This document shows positions 17,248 to 27,428 of a stretch of DNA of 64,000 nt, piece by piece. The position numbers and the translations under genes are program-made. Each line of letters begins with the position of its first letter. The stretch's first letter is position 1. The notes beneath the pieces were generated by a model. It was given only the letters and a program-made list of their open reading frames with translations. It was not told the DNA's origin and did no database searches. The DNA is from an uncultured bacterium (GTDB taxonomy: Bacteria; Eisenbacteria; RBG-16-71-46), in the NCBI GenBank assembly GCA_964405235.1, contig CAYONG010000285.1:1552-65551 (forward strand), in the 5' to 3' direction.

Positions 17248-20200
17248 GTGAGGGAATCCATGGCCGCAGCCAGCCACATCCCGGGGGAGGTCGTCCCGCC
17301 CCTCCGTCGGCAACCGGTGCCGTTCGGGTGCATGGCCCTCGTTCTCCTCACGCTCGCCGGTCACGCGCCTGCCGTCCACGCACAGCCCTACGCCGTCTTC
17401 GAAGTTCCCGACAGCCTCATGGCGGAGGCGTTACACCGCGCGGCCCCCGGCTTCGAGAACACCTGGAACGCGCTGCTGGTCGACGAGTTGCGGGCGACCG
17501 CCGATTCCGCGCCGGCCCTGCGGAGTCTGGCGCGGCGAGTCGCGTCCCACGAGGAAGCGGCGCTCGGCAGCCGCATCGCCGGCGACGCGCTGGCGCTTCG
17601 CGATCGCTGGACCGCGGATCAGCGCCGGTTGCGCGTGCAGGCGGCCGGCGTCGAGTCGCTGGCCACCGCGGCCCAGAATGCGCGCGACTGGGAGCGCGCC
17701 GACAGCCTCTTCAACCGGGCGTTGGCGGACTACCGGCGGATCCAGGAGCCGCGCCGAACCGCGTGGGTATTGGGCAGCCTCGGCGTGGTGGCGTTTCAGT
17801 CCGGCGACTACGCGCGCGCCGACAGCATCTATCGGCTCGCGCTCGAGGCGCGGCGGCAGCTGGGCGATGCGCGGATGATCGGCAACACGCTCAACTCCTT
17901 CGGCGTGCTCCACTACCTGGCCGGCGAGCTGGGCGAAGCGAATGCCTGGTTCGATCAGGCGCGCGCGGTACGTGAGCGGGGTGGGGAGCGCGGTCCGCTC
18001 GGATCCACGCTCAACTACATGGGACTGGTCCAGCGTGATCTGGGGCATGCCGATTCCGCCCGCACCTACTTCGAGCTCGCGCTGACCTCCACGGTGTCCG
18101 CTGGGGACAGCGCGCGCACCGCCGAAGTCCTCGCCAACAGCGTCGCGCTGCTCACCGACTCTGGCGACCACCGCGAGGCGCTGCGGCGGGGCGAGCGGGC
18201 GGTGGCGATCTATCGCCAACTGGGCAACATCCGCGGCGAAGCCCTGCTGCAGATCAATATCGGGAATCTCCTGGGACAGCAGGCGCGTTTCGCCGAGGCG
18301 CTCGAGCACCTCCGATCGGCACTCGAGTTGGGCCGCAATGCCCGCGACGTACGGGGCCAGCTCCAGACGCTGCTCTCGATGGGACTACTCGGCGTGACGT
18401 TGCGGGATCCCGAGACCGGACTGCCGCCACTGCGAGACGCTCTGGCGCTGGCCGACTCCCTCGAGGATCCGCGCGCACGCGCCGCCGCGCTCAACAATCT
18501 CGCGCTGCTGGCGGAGATCGACGGCGACCCGAATGGCGCCGAGCGGCACGCCCGCTCGGCGGTAAAGAGCGCGGTGGCCGCGCAGGACAGTGCACTGATC
18601 CGCGATGCGGCCCAGACGATCGGCGGCCTCGCACTCGTCCGACGCGATCTGCCGACCGCCCGGTCGTGGTATGAGCGCGCAGCGGCCGGGGGCGAAGGAG
18701 CCCGAGACGCGCGCCGGGCGGCGGATCTCAACAACCTCGGGATCGTCGCCATCTACCAGGACAGCCTCGAGCAGGCGGAGCGACTCTTCCGGACCGCAAT
18801 TGCGATCGCCGAGGAGGTCAACGCCCCCGATCTTCGCTGGCCGCCGATGCTCGGGCTGGGCGAGGTGGCCGAGCGCCGCTCCGACTTCGCACGCGCGCTC
18901 GCCTTCGACCGGGAGGCGGCGGCCCTGATCGACACGTTGCGCGGCCGGCAGGGCGAGGAGGCGCAGTCCATCGCGCTGCTCTCCGGGCGCCGGCTGGCGG
19001 CCGATGCGCTGGTGCATCTTCTCACCCGGCTGCAGCCGCGCTTCCCCGACAGCGCCTTCGTCGCCGAAGCGTTCACCTGGTCCGAGCGGACGCGGGCGCG
19101 GGCGCTGGCCGACCTCATGTCCGCACCGGATCGTGGCGCCAGGGTGGCGTTGGTCGACATCGGGCGCGTGCGCGCCGCGCTTCCCGCGAAAACGGCATTC
19201 CTCCAGTTCAGCCTCGGGGATTCCAGCACGTCCCTGTGGGTGGTCACCCGGGCGGGGGTCCGCCATTTCGCGCTGCCACCGCGCGACCTGCTTCGGGTGC
19301 GGATCGAAATGTTGCGGCGCTCGCTCGCCACTGCCGCCACGGCGCAAAGTCCGGCGGCGTTCCGTGCATCGCGCGCGCTCTATCGCACGTTGCTGGAGCC
19401 GGCCGAAGGCGCGCTCAAAGGCGTGGATCACCTGGTGATCTCGCCCGACGGTCCCCTGGCGCTGGTGCCGTTCGAGGCGCTGCTGGTGCGCGACGCCCCC
19501 GGGGATCTTCCACCGCCGGCGTCGAGCTACCTGGTTCATCGCCGGGCGGTGTCCTACGTTCCATCGGCGTCGATCTGGATGGCGCTGCTCGGGAAGGCGC
19601 GCGGAGGTGGAGTGGTCGGTCTGGGCGACCCGGTCTTCCATGGCTTGGCGGACCCCGGGGCCTCGCGACTGGCGAATCTCCCTCACACCGCCGAAGAGCT
19701 GGCGGCACTCGAGCGCTTCTCCGGCGCGCGCCCGCTCAAGCTGCTGCGCGCAGCGGGCGCCACACGGGAAGCTCTGCTTTCGGCCCCGGAGTTGTCCGAG
19801 GCCGGCATCGTGCACCTGGCGACCCATGGAGTGGCGAGCGAGTTCGAGCCGCGCCGCGCGGGTCTGTGGCTCGCGGCGGGCCCGGACGGAACCCCGGGCT
19901 TCGTGTCGGTCAGTGACGTGCTGGGCCTATCGCTCAGGGCCGATCTGGTGACCCTGTCGGCGTGCGAAACCGGCGTGGGTCGTGTGGCACGGGGAGAGGG
20001 CGTGCTGGGCCTGCCACGTGCGGTGCTCGCCGCGGGTGCGAGAAGCGTGCTGGTGAGCTTGTGGAAGGTGAATGACCAGTCGACCGCCGGTTTGATGACG
20101 TCCTTCTATCGCGAGCTGTTGGTCCGCGGCCGGCCGGCGCACGAGGCGCTCGCCGGCGCCAAGCGACTGATGCTCCAGAGTGAGGATACGCGCTCGCCCT

Positions 20201-20250
20201 ACCACTGGGCCCCATTCGTGCTCATCGGACGATACCCGGAAACACCCTAG
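17248..20250 (+). CDS. TPR-repeat protein with C-terminal CHAT (caspase-like) protease domain
   Basis: About 650 aa of TPR-like repeats (LNSFGVLHYLAGELGEA, LNYMGLVQRDLGHADSA and similar). The CHAT dyad is HLATHG (19813-19830) plus LSACETG (Cys codon at 19963). The alternative start ATG at 17332 would give a clean signal peptide MALVLLTLAGHAPAVHA. Confidence 0.85.
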   Translation: MRESMAAASHIPGEVVPPLRRQPVPFGCMALVLLTLAGHAPAVHAQPYAVFEVPDSLMAEALHRAAPGFENTWNALLVDELRATADSAPALRSLARRVASHEEAALGSRIAGDALALRDRWTADQRRLRVQAAGVESLATAAQNARDWERADSLFNRALADYRRIQEPRRTAWVLGSLGVVAFQSGDYARADSIYRLALEARRQLGDARMIGNTLNSFGVLHYLAGELGEANAWFDQARAVRERGGERGPLGSTLNYMGLVQRDLGHADSARTYFELALTSTVSAGDSARTAEVLANSVALLTDSGDHREALRRGERAVAIYRQLGNIRGEALLQINIGNLLGQQARFAEALEHLRSALELGRNARDVRGQLQTLLSMGLLGVTLRDPETGLPPLRDALALADSLEDPRARAAALNNLALLAEIDGDPNGAERHARSAVKSAVAAQDSALIRDAAQTIGGLALVRRDLPTARSWYERAAAGGEGARDARRAADLNNLGIVAIYQDSLEQAERLFRTAIAIAEEVNAPDLRWPPMLGLGEVAERRSDFARALAFDREAAALIDTLRGRQGEEAQSIALLSGRRLAADALVHLLTRLQPRFPDSAFVAEAFTWSERTRARALADLMSAPDRGARVALVDIGRVRAALPAKTAFLQFSLGDSSTSLWVVTRAGVRHFALPPRDLLRVRIEMLRRSLATAATAQSPAAFRASRALYRTLLEPAEGALKGVDHLVISPDGPLALVPFEALLVRDAPGDLPPPASSYLVHRRAVSYVPSASIWMALLGKARGGGVVGLGDPVFHGLADPGASRLANLPHTAEELAALERFSGARPLKLLRAAGATREALLSAPELSEAGIVHLATHGVASEFEPRRAGLWLAAGPDGTPGFVSVSDVLGLSLRADLVTLSACETGVGRVARGEGVLGLPRAVLAAGARSVLVSLWKVNDQSTAGLMTSFYRELLVRGRPAHEALAGAKRLMLQSEDTRSPYHWAPFVLIGRYPETP

Positions 20251-20305
20251 TTCCCCTTCCTGGAGCACGAACGCGTCGCCGCCGTCCCTTCCGCGCACCC
20301 TCGTC

Positions 20306-22219
20306 TCACCGCACGATGCTCACCCTCGTGCGCGCCGTGTGCCCGCCGTGCCGTAGCGAGAGCCAGTAGAGCCCCGCCGGCAGGTCCGAGGTGCCGAGGC
20401 GCACGACCATGCGCCCCGCAGCGTCCGCCTCGACTCGGCGCTCCATCACCTGGCGGCCGAGGATGTCGTGCATCGCGAGTGTGGCCTCGCCGGATGCGGG
20501 CACCGCGATCAACGCATCCAGGGCCCCGTTCGCGGGATTGGGCGCGGCGGCGAGCGCGAGCCGCTCGATCAGCCTCGGTACGGTAATCGACACCGGGTCG
20601 GAATGGAGCGCCTGGCCCCCTTCGTGCCACTGGAGCCGATAGGTCAGCCGATCACCCGGTGCGACGTCGTGGTCTTCATATCCGACGTAGTCCGGGCCAT
20701 TTCGGTTGGCCTCGCCGAGGACCATCCATTCGTCTTCCCCCCGCCGCCGCTCCACGAACGCCGCGCCCTCAAGGCCGCTGACGTACCACCTGAGCCGCAC
20801 ACGGTCGGGCGTCGCCTCCGCGGTCGCCAGCGAGGCGAGCACCGGGGTAGTGACGTCCCCGACCTGGGCGATGAAGAAACTCGGCCGCGGGATGTTGTTG
20901 ATGTCGGTCAGGACGTGCGAATCGAAGGTCGCGTCGCCCGCAAACTGGCCGACGACATGGTAGAGATCGGGCCCGTGGATGGCGAGCGCCCGTGGCGTCA
21001 CAAAGCTGCTGCCCGCGGTCACGAACTTGGCGTACGTGACGGCGCCCGCGGGGTCGTAGCGCACGATGTGGAAGTGGTTTGTCCCTGGGATCGTGTAGGT
21101 GCCCCCGATGGTGCCGCCTCCCAGCGCGAGCCCCGTCCCGGTGATGTAGTAGTCGCCGGTATTGTCCACCCCGATCCGATCGGCATACAGATCGTAATCA
21201 GAACCAAGGAACTGGAAGGTCTTGACGCGCATCCACAGCGCGCGCCCATCCGAGTTGATCTTTCCCACGACCTGGCCGGCAGCGGCGGCGACGGTATCGA
21301 TGGTCGCGGCGGCCTCCACCGCGCCCGAGAAGTAGATGTCACCGTTGGCGGCGAGCGCATGGCTCTTGATGGCATCCTGGCCACTGCTCGTCAGCTTGAG
21401 CGCCCAGAGCAGTGTGCCCATGGCGGTGTACTTGGCCATGAAACCGTCGCCGTTCACGTCCGGGGTCAGGTTCGAGGTCCCGGGACCGGGATCGAAATCC
21501 ACGGTGCCGGTGTAGAAGAAGCCCGAGAAGATCACGTTTCCCGCGCCGTCCACCGAGATCTTCATGTCCGGGTATTGCACGAGGCCCGCGAACGACCAGG
21601 TGTCGAGCACCGCGCCGGTCGCCGCGTTCAGCATTCTGATGGACGATGAAGCGCCGCCGCCCACGACGTAGACCAGGCTCGAGCCGCTGGTGGCGATGCC
21701 GAATCCGGCCTCGAAGCTCGCCAGCGATGTCGCCCACTGGATGGCGCCGAGCGAGTCGTACTTGACCGCGAACGTGCCGCCGCCGCTGGCGGCGATCGTG
21801 ATGCCGCTGAACGAGGTCGGAGCGGCGCCCCCGTACTCGCCGGTCATGTAGACGTTCCCGGAAGGATCCACCGCCACGCCATAGCCGGACTCGAGACTGC
21901 CAACCGTCGAGTTGCCGCCGTTGCGCGCCCAGAGAGCGTCCCCATTGGGGCCGTACTTCACCAGAAACACATCGGTGTTTCCCGCGGGGGTGTCCCCGGT
22001 GGCCCGGAGGGTGCCGGTCGTGAGCGTGAGGGTGTCCGTGAACGTGCCGCAGACGAAACTGTTGCCGGAGTGATCCAGGGTCACGCCCCACGCCGACGAG
22101 CTCCCGGTGGGCGCCAGCGGCTGGACGGCCCACTGGAACAACGGGAGCGGGGCCCCCGCGTGCCCGGGCGAGGAGACGAGGAGACAGATGGCGAGCAACG
22201 ACGCACGCAAACGGGGCAT
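20306..22219 (-). CDS. Secreted beta-propeller repeat (SBBP-like) protein with FlgD-Ig/T9SS-like C-terminal tail
   Basis: Signal peptide MPRLRASLLAICLLVSSPGHA. Repeated D.SGN.Y.TG units (VAVDPSGNVYMTGEYGG, ISVDGAGNVIFSGFF). C-terminal PNPANGAL...LAMHDILGRQV...LPAGLYWL tail. Confidence 0.8.
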   Translation of the reverse strand: MPRLRASLLAICLLVSSPGHAGAPLPLFQWAVQPLAPTGSSSAWGVTLDHSGNSFVCGTFTDTLTLTTGTLRATGDTPAGNTDVFLVKYGPNGDALWARNGGNSTVGSLESGYGVAVDPSGNVYMTGEYGGAAPTSFSGITIAASGGGTFAVKYDSLGAIQWATSLASFEAGFGIATSGSSLVYVVGGGASSSIRMLNAATGAVLDTWSFAGLVQYPDMKISVDGAGNVIFSGFFYTGTVDFDPGPGTSNLTPDVNGDGFMAKYTAMGTLLWALKLTSSGQDAIKSHALAANGDIYFSGAVEAAATIDTVAAAAGQVVGKINSDGRALWMRVKTFQFLGSDYDLYADRIGVDNTGDYYITGTGLALGGGTIGGTYTIPGTNHFHIVRYDPAGAVTYAKFVTAGSSFVTPRALAIHGPDLYHVVGQFAGDATFDSHVLTDINNIPRPSFFIAQVGDVTTPVLASLATAEATPDRVRLRWYVSGLEGAAFVERRRGEDEWMVLGEANRNGPDYVGYEDHDVAPGDRLTYRLQWHEGGQALHSDPVSITVPRLIERLALAAAPNPANGALDALIAVPASGEATLAMHDILGRQVMERRVEADAAGRMVVRLGTSDLPAGLYWLSLRHGGHTARTRVSIVR

Positions 22220-22299
22220 CGACCGACCCTCCCTGGTTGGCGACGGAGACTGGGCCAGGACCCGGGCATTGGAATCCCGGGCCCGTGCATGTCTGAAGG

Positions 22300-22322
22300 G
22301 GGAACGCCACGCGGTGCGTGAT
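22300..22322. repeat. 23-nt conserved intergenic motif, copy 2 (GGGAACGCCACGCGGTGCGTGAT)
   Basis: 22/23 identity to 8204-8226. Lies 81-103 nt upstream of the minus-strand start at 22219. Confidence 0.5.
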
Positions 22323-22565
22323 ACCGCTTCGATCCGTGTCGCTTCGATACAGTTACGCGGTGTTCCCGCGCCACGCTCCCCCGATGCGGCGACCCGGCGT
22401 CGGCTGCCGGGTTCAAGTCGGACGGGAGTCTAGGCCAACGACTTCCGGCCTGCACCAGGTTTTTCCGGCGCGGCGGGACGAGGGCTCAGGAGGCACCGTA
22501 GGCCGCGGCGGAACCTTGACCAACAGCCACCCAGCAGACCCCGCATGCCGCAGCCGGATTGAGAC

Positions 22566-23918
22566 TTACGCGTGCCCCGCCCGCATCGGGGAGTCGGGCC
22601 GGACGGTCACCCCGAGCGCCGCGCAGATGCCGCGTGCCGCCCGCTTGCCCTCCTGCACCGCCGTCACCACCAGCTCGCCGCCCAGCGCATCGCCGCCGGC
22701 GAACACCTTCGGGTTCCCGGTGCGACCGGTCGCCGGGTCCACGACCACGAGACCCTTGTCGTCCACCGCGACGCCGGGGAAACTGGACACCACCTCGCGC
22801 AGCTTCACCTGACCGATCCCGAGCACCACGAGATCGGCGGGAAGCTCGCGGCCATCGGCCAACCGCAGCGCCCTGAGCGCCCCGCTCGCCTCGCGCACGA
22901 ACTCCTTCGGCACCGCGCGCTCGAGCAGCAGCACGCCCTCCTTGCGCGCCAGATCCAGCTCGTGCGCGTAGCCGGACATGTCGGCGATCGTACGCCGGTA
23001 GACCATCGCGACCTCGGGCACACCGAGCCGCGCCAGCTCGCGCGCGGCGTCGATCGCGGTGTTGCCGCCGCCGATCACCAGCGCACGCCGGACGCCGATG
23101 AGGGCGAAGCCGGGCTCCAGCTTGAGGCGCTCGATCCATGCGGTGGCGCCGGTCACGCCCGGGCCATCCTCACCCGGCACGCCGAGCCGCGAGTCCGCGC
23201 CGAGCCCGAATCCCAGGAACACCGCATCGTGTTCGCGCAGCAGGTCGGCGGGCGCGACGTCGCGTCCCACTTCGATGCCGATCTTGATCGCAACCCCGAG
23301 CGAGCGGATGAAATCCACCTCGGCAAACGAGCCCTCGACATGCATCTTGTAGGGCGCGACCCCGGTGCTGTTGAGTCCGCCGGCGACGGTGCGCTTCTCG
23401 AACACCGTCACCGCCACGCCTTCCAACGCGAGGTAGCCCGCCACCGCCAGCGAGGCGGGACCCGCGCCCACGCAGGCGACCTTCTTCCCGGTGGGTGGCA
23501 CCTTGGCGAGCAGCGTGGCCCCACGGCCTGAATCGAGCGCCTTCTCCACCGCGTAGCGCTGCAGCCGCCCAATCTGGATCGGCGGATAGCGGTGCCAGTC
23601 GTTGTAGACGCACGCGCCTACGCACAGCACCTCGACCGGGCATACCCGGGCGCACGAGTAACCGAGCAGGTTGGCGGACAAGATGGTGCGGGCCGAGCCG
23701 CGCAGGTTGCCGGTCGCGATCTTGCGGATGAAGCCGGGGATGTCGATGCCGGTCGGGCAGGCTTGCACGCACGGAGCGTCGTGGCAGTAGAGGCAGCGGT
23801 TGGCCTCCCCCACCGCCTCGCCATCGGCGTAGGTCGGCTTGGCGTCGGGCAGCCGGCGCTCCAGGCGATCGGCGGCGATCAACGCGGCGGGCGCGAGCGG
23901 CGAGGAAGACTCGTTCAT
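22566..23918 (-). CDS. NAD(P)-dependent dihydropyrimidine dehydrogenase PreT-like / glutamate synthase small-subunit-like FeS flavoprotein
   Basis: I chose the start ATG at 23918 (MNESSSP...). Motifs: CLYCHDAPCVQACP and CARVCPVEVLC FeS clusters, VACVGAGPASL and VIGGGNTAIDAA dinucleotide folds. The track ORF to 24464 adds an Arg/Gly-rich extension that overlaps the next gene. Confidence 0.8.
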   Translation of the reverse strand: MNESSSPLAPAALIAADRLERRLPDAKPTYADGEAVGEANRCLYCHDAPCVQACPTGIDIPGFIRKIATGNLRGSARTILSANLLGYSCARVCPVEVLCVGACVYNDWHRYPPIQIGRLQRYAVEKALDSGRGATLLAKVPPTGKKVACVGAGPASLAVAGYLALEGVAVTVFEKRTVAGGLNSTGVAPYKMHVEGSFAEVDFIRSLGVAIKIGIEVGRDVAPADLLREHDAVFLGFGLGADSRLGVPGEDGPGVTGATAWIERLKLEPGFALIGVRRALVIGGGNTAIDAARELARLGVPEVAMVYRRTIADMSGYAHELDLARKEGVLLLERAVPKEFVREASGALRALRLADGRELPADLVVLGIGQVKLREVVSSFPGVAVDDKGLVVVDPATGRTGNPKVFAGGDALGGELVVTAVQEGKRAARGICAALGVTVRPDSPMRAGHA

Positions 23919-24550
23919 CGCCGCGCCGCACTCCGGCGCTGCTGGGTGCACTGCAGGGTGAGATCCTCCTCCACGTTCGCCGATATCCCCGGGATGACGC
24001 CGCCGAGGCCGCGCTTCGCCCACTGCAACCGCGAGAGCGCCGCGCACGGCTTGCCGTCCCGCACACGCAACTCCAGCCCTTCCATGAAGCCGGCCAGCGC
24101 CGCGTAACGGTGCTCCGGCGCCGGTGCCCGGATGGCGAGCACCAGCAGGCTGTCGCCCCAGTCGGCCGCCTCGGAAAGCCGGCCGTGCTTCGACATGCGG
24201 TCGGATGCCCGGCGGTAAGTCTCGATCCCGAGCATCATCAGGCTCGGGTCCATCGCCCCGCCGCTCACGCTCGCCTGTGACCGCGCGGCGCGAAACAGAT
24301 GCACCGCGCGATCCAAGCGGTCGGCCTGAAGCGCGCGCTCGATCCGCTCCCGCTCGCGCCGCGCGATCAGGCGCGCGACCCCCTTCTCCCAGCGCATGAG
24401 GGGCTGGAAGCCTTCGAGCCAGCGGATCTCGTCGTCGTAGAGCCCGCGCCCGTGCGTGATCCATGCGCCGCCGAAGGCACCGGCCTCGGCAAAGAGCGCG
24501 GCGACCGCGATCGCCAGCGCCAGGGTGAGAAGCACGACCAGCGGCTTCAT
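23915..24550 (-). CDS. Hypothetical exported/membrane-anchored protein
   Basis: N-terminal hydrophobic segment MKPLVVLLTLALAIAVAALFA. The stop overlaps the PreT-like start (ATGA at 23915-23918). High GC3. Confidence 0.55.
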   Translation of the reverse strand: MKPLVVLLTLALAIAVAALFAEAGAFGGAWITHGRGLYDDEIRWLEGFQPLMRWEKGVARLIARRERERIERALQADRLDRAVHLFRAARSQASVSGGAMDPSLMMLGIETYRRASDRMSKHGRLSEAADWGDSLLVLAIRAPAPEHRYAALAGFMEGLELRVRDGKPCAALSRLQWAKRGLGGVIPGISANVEEDLTLQCTQQRRSAARR

Positions 24551-24881
24551 CGCATCATGCCCCGCGCCGGCCGGGGGTCTTGGGGTTCATGGGTCTCCTC
24601 CGGGCCAGGGGCGGCCGCGGCGTTCGTCGTCCGGAATCGTGCTCCGGGCAGGATCGCCCGTGCGGATCGGCACCACATCGGCGATGTTGGCCCCGCCGGG
24701 CCGACATGATGCCACCTTTGCCGACCGCACGAAACCCCGTGCCGACGGGCTCTGCCCGGAGGGTGTAATCTGCTGCTGGCCGGATTCGCCAGCGTCGAGC
24801 GACGTCGGCAGACCGCGCGCGAACGTGGCTGGACGCGTTCGTCGGGCTCTATCGCCTCAAGCCGCAATCGGGAGGAAGTTG

Positions 24882-25781
24882 ATGAGGACATTGGTACTGA
24901 TCGGAGTCATCGCCATGGTCGCCATGTCATCTTCGCCCTTGCGCGCCGCCGACGAGGGGCCGCTGGATTCGCTGGTCGCGAACGAGCGCGCGTTCGCGGC
25001 CCTGTCGGTGGCGAAAGGGATGAGAGAGGCCTTCCTCACCTATCTCGCCGAGGACGCCGTCCTGTTCCAGCCGCGGGCGGTCAACGGGCGCAAGGTCTGG
25101 GAGGGGCGACCGGCGTCGGCTGCGACGCTCAAATGGGAGCCGGCCTTCGCCGCCGTCTCCTCGTCCGGCGACATGGGCTATACCACCGGGCCATGGGAGT
25201 ACCAGCCCGCGGCGGACAGCGCTGGCACGCCGTCGCCGCCGGAGAGCTACCTCTACGGCCAATTCAACTCGGTATGGAAGAAGGAAAAGGGCGCCGGGTG
25301 GCGCGTGCTCGCCGACATCGGCGTGACCCACCCGAATCCGGGGCGCAGCGGAGTCGGCAACGGGGGGTTCACCGCGGGACCGACGCTCAGGGTCCGCACG
25401 ATGAAGAGCGGACGCCCGAACCTTCCCGAGGAAGACCAGCGACTGTCGAAGGCGATGCGCTCCACAGGCCCCAGCGAGGCGCTGGCCGCCCACGCGGCGT
25501 TGGATCTGCGCGTCAACTCGGAAGGGCGGTTGCCCGCGGTCGGGCTCGAAGCGGCGCAGGCGCGGTTCGACTCGCTCGGAGGCTTCTACGAGTTCAGGAC
25601 CGAGGGCTCCGGGATCGCCCGCTCGGGTGATCTCGGGTTCTCATACGGCCTCGCCGAGCACTTTCTCGCCGCGAACGCGGCGCCCGCCGACTCCGGTGCT
25701 TTCCTGCACGTCTGGCGACTGGAAGGCGGCCGATTCTGGCGGCTCGCCTTGGCTGTGCTCAATCCGCTGACGCGCCGGTAG
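24882..25781 (+). CDS. Secreted protein with two NTF2-like (SnoaL/DUF4440-like) repeats
   Basis: GGAGGA RBS at 24871-24876, 5 nt before the ATG at 24882. Signal peptide MRTLVLIGVIAMVAMSSSPLRA. The two halves share a similar pattern (ANERAFAALS... / LSKAMRSTGPSEAL...). The track start at 24456 is rejected as low-complexity. Confidence 0.65.
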   Translation: MRTLVLIGVIAMVAMSSSPLRAADEGPLDSLVANERAFAALSVAKGMREAFLTYLAEDAVLFQPRAVNGRKVWEGRPASAATLKWEPAFAAVSSSGDMGYTTGPWEYQPAADSAGTPSPPESYLYGQFNSVWKKEKGAGWRVLADIGVTHPNPGRSGVGNGGFTAGPTLRVRTMKSGRPNLPEEDQRLSKAMRSTGPSEALAAHAALDLRVNSEGRLPAVGLEAAQARFDSLGGFYEFRTEGSGIARSGDLGFSYGLAEHFLAANAAPADSGAFLHVWRLEGGRFWRLALAVLNPLTRR

Positions 25782-25827
25782 GCAGGGAACGGGGCGGTAT
25801 GTCGCCACGCTTCGCCCGGGCGGAAGG

Positions 25828-27405
25828 ATGACACGGGCGGAGAGGCGGGCGCTGACCGCGGCGACGACGCGGAACTCGGCGCGCGCTGCGGCCCTTGATT
25901 CCGGCAGCCTCCCGGGGGTGCCCTCCCCTGCGATCATCGCCGGCGGCATCGCGGCGGCGGCGGTGTTCCTCATCGCCTTCGCGCGCCTGTGGGTCTACGT
26001 CCTCGACGACACCTACATCTCGCTGCGCTACGCGCAGCATCTCGCCGCAGGCCAGGGGCTGGTCTACAACCCGGGCGAGCGGGTCGAGGGCTACAGCAAC
26101 TTCCTCTGGACGGTGCTGCTCGCTCTGCCCCACGCGCTGCGCATCCCGCCGGTCCCGTTCCTCAAGGTCGTCCTCGCGCTCGCCGCGCTCGCGACCGCCT
26201 GGGCCACCATGCGTCTTGGCCGGGCGAGCGGCCTCACGTCGGCCGACCCCCGCGACCGCTGGCTGGCGTGGGCGCCGGGCTGGCTCTTTCTCGTCACGCC
26301 GCTGGTGATCGAGCGCACCGCCGATGGCCTCGAGACCATCCCCTTCACCCTGTTGCTGGTGATGGCGGTGTCCTGGTCGCTCGAGGAGGGTCGCTCGGCA
26401 CGATCCCCCCGGCTGGGCCTCGCGCTGGCCGCCCTGGCGATGATGCGCCCCGATGGTGTCATGTTCGCCCCGCTCCTGCTCGGGATCGCGGCCATCCGCG
26501 GCGCGCACGTGCGTCAAATCGCGCGCACGGCATTGGTATTCATCGCCCCGTTCACGCTCTTCATGCTTGCACGCCACGCGTACTACGGCGACTGGCTCCC
26601 GAACACGTTTTACGCCAAGCGCGGCGGCGGCTTTGTGTGGACGGTCGGCTGGGAGAGCGCCCGAGCGTTTCTGGCCGTCAATGGCGGCTGGGCGTGGCTC
26701 GCCGCAGTCCCGGCGCTGGTGTGGCGACGGAGCCGCGGCGCCGCGTGGCTTCTGATGTCCGTGGTGGCGACCCGCGTCGCGTTCCACGTCTGGGCCGGCG
26801 GCGAGTGGGTCGGGCGCTACCGGTTCCTGCTCCCAACCCTGCCGTTCCTCTACCTGCTCGTCGCCGCCGGCGTGGCCGCGCTGCGGACGCGCGCCTTCCG
26901 CCCTTACGCGGCCGCCGCGGCCGGCCTGCTGCTCGTCGGGCCGGGTTGGCTCGCCTACCCGACCCGCGAAGCCGACGCGCTCGCCTACGGGAGGGGATTG
27001 AACGCGGCCCACGGGGCGCTCGGGCGCGCGGTGAACTCCGGCACGGCGCCCGACGCGTTGATCGCGATGGATGACGCCGGCCTCGGCCCCTACCTCTCGC
27101 GCCGGCGCAACCTGGACATGCTGGGGCTGAACGACCGACACATCGCGCGCCTGTCGGGGCGCTTCAGCTACAAGGTGGACGTCCCTTACGTGCTGGGTCG
27201 CTCACCCGACCTCATCGTTCTCGTCTCGTCGGTGGCGGATCCGACCCGCGCGGAGCACCTGCCACTTCCCGGCCACGCGGCGCTGGCGGCGGACTCGACC
27301 TTCCATGCCCACTACGAGTTCGTGCGCGTGTATACGATGCGGCCGAACTATCACCTGGGCGTCTTCCGCCGGCGCGACTCACGGGCGGTGCCGGCGGATT
27401 TCTAA
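25828..27405 (+). CDS. Polytopic GT-C-fold membrane glycosyltransferase (arabinofuranosyltransferase-like)
   Basis: More than 10 hydrophobic segments. The N-terminal DDTYISLRYAQHLAAGQGLVYNPGERVEGYSNFLW motif is typical of proteins annotated as arabinofuranosyltransferases. The specificity is inferred. Confidence 0.6.
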   Translation: MTRAERRALTAATTRNSARAAALDSGSLPGVPSPAIIAGGIAAAAVFLIAFARLWVYVLDDTYISLRYAQHLAAGQGLVYNPGERVEGYSNFLWTVLLALPHALRIPPVPFLKVVLALAALATAWATMRLGRASGLTSADPRDRWLAWAPGWLFLVTPLVIERTADGLETIPFTLLLVMAVSWSLEEGRSARSPRLGLALAALAMMRPDGVMFAPLLLGIAAIRGAHVRQIARTALVFIAPFTLFMLARHAYYGDWLPNTFYAKRGGGFVWTVGWESARAFLAVNGGWAWLAAVPALVWRRSRGAAWLLMSVVATRVAFHVWAGGEWVGRYRFLLPTLPFLYLLVAAGVAALRTRAFRPYAAAAAGLLLVGPGWLAYPTREADALAYGRGLNAAHGALGRAVNSGTAPDALIAMDDAGLGPYLSRRRNLDMLGLNDRHIARLSGRFSYKVDVPYVLGRSPDLIVLVSSVADPTRAEHLPLPGHAALAADSTFHAHYEFVRVYTMRPNYHLGVFRRRDSRAVPADF

Positions 27406-27428
27406 GCCGTTCGCGCGGCACCCGGGCG

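Noticed and set aside
22395-22445. tRNA-like T-loop string GGTTCAAGTC in the 22220-22565 spacer
   Set aside because: The flanking bases do not form a T-stem (CCGGG is not complementary to CGGAC). No acceptor, D or anticodon arms could be built, so this is not a tRNA. A similar GGTTCGAGT near 47347 also fails.
23919-24464. N-terminal 182-codon extension of the PreT-like ORF (track ORF 22566..24464)
   Set aside because: The extension is Arg/Ala/Gly-rich. It overlaps, in another frame, the better-supported 211-aa gene 23915..24550, which has a hydrophobic N-terminus. PreT-like proteins start close to the first Cys cluster, and the ATG at 23918 forms an ATGA junction.
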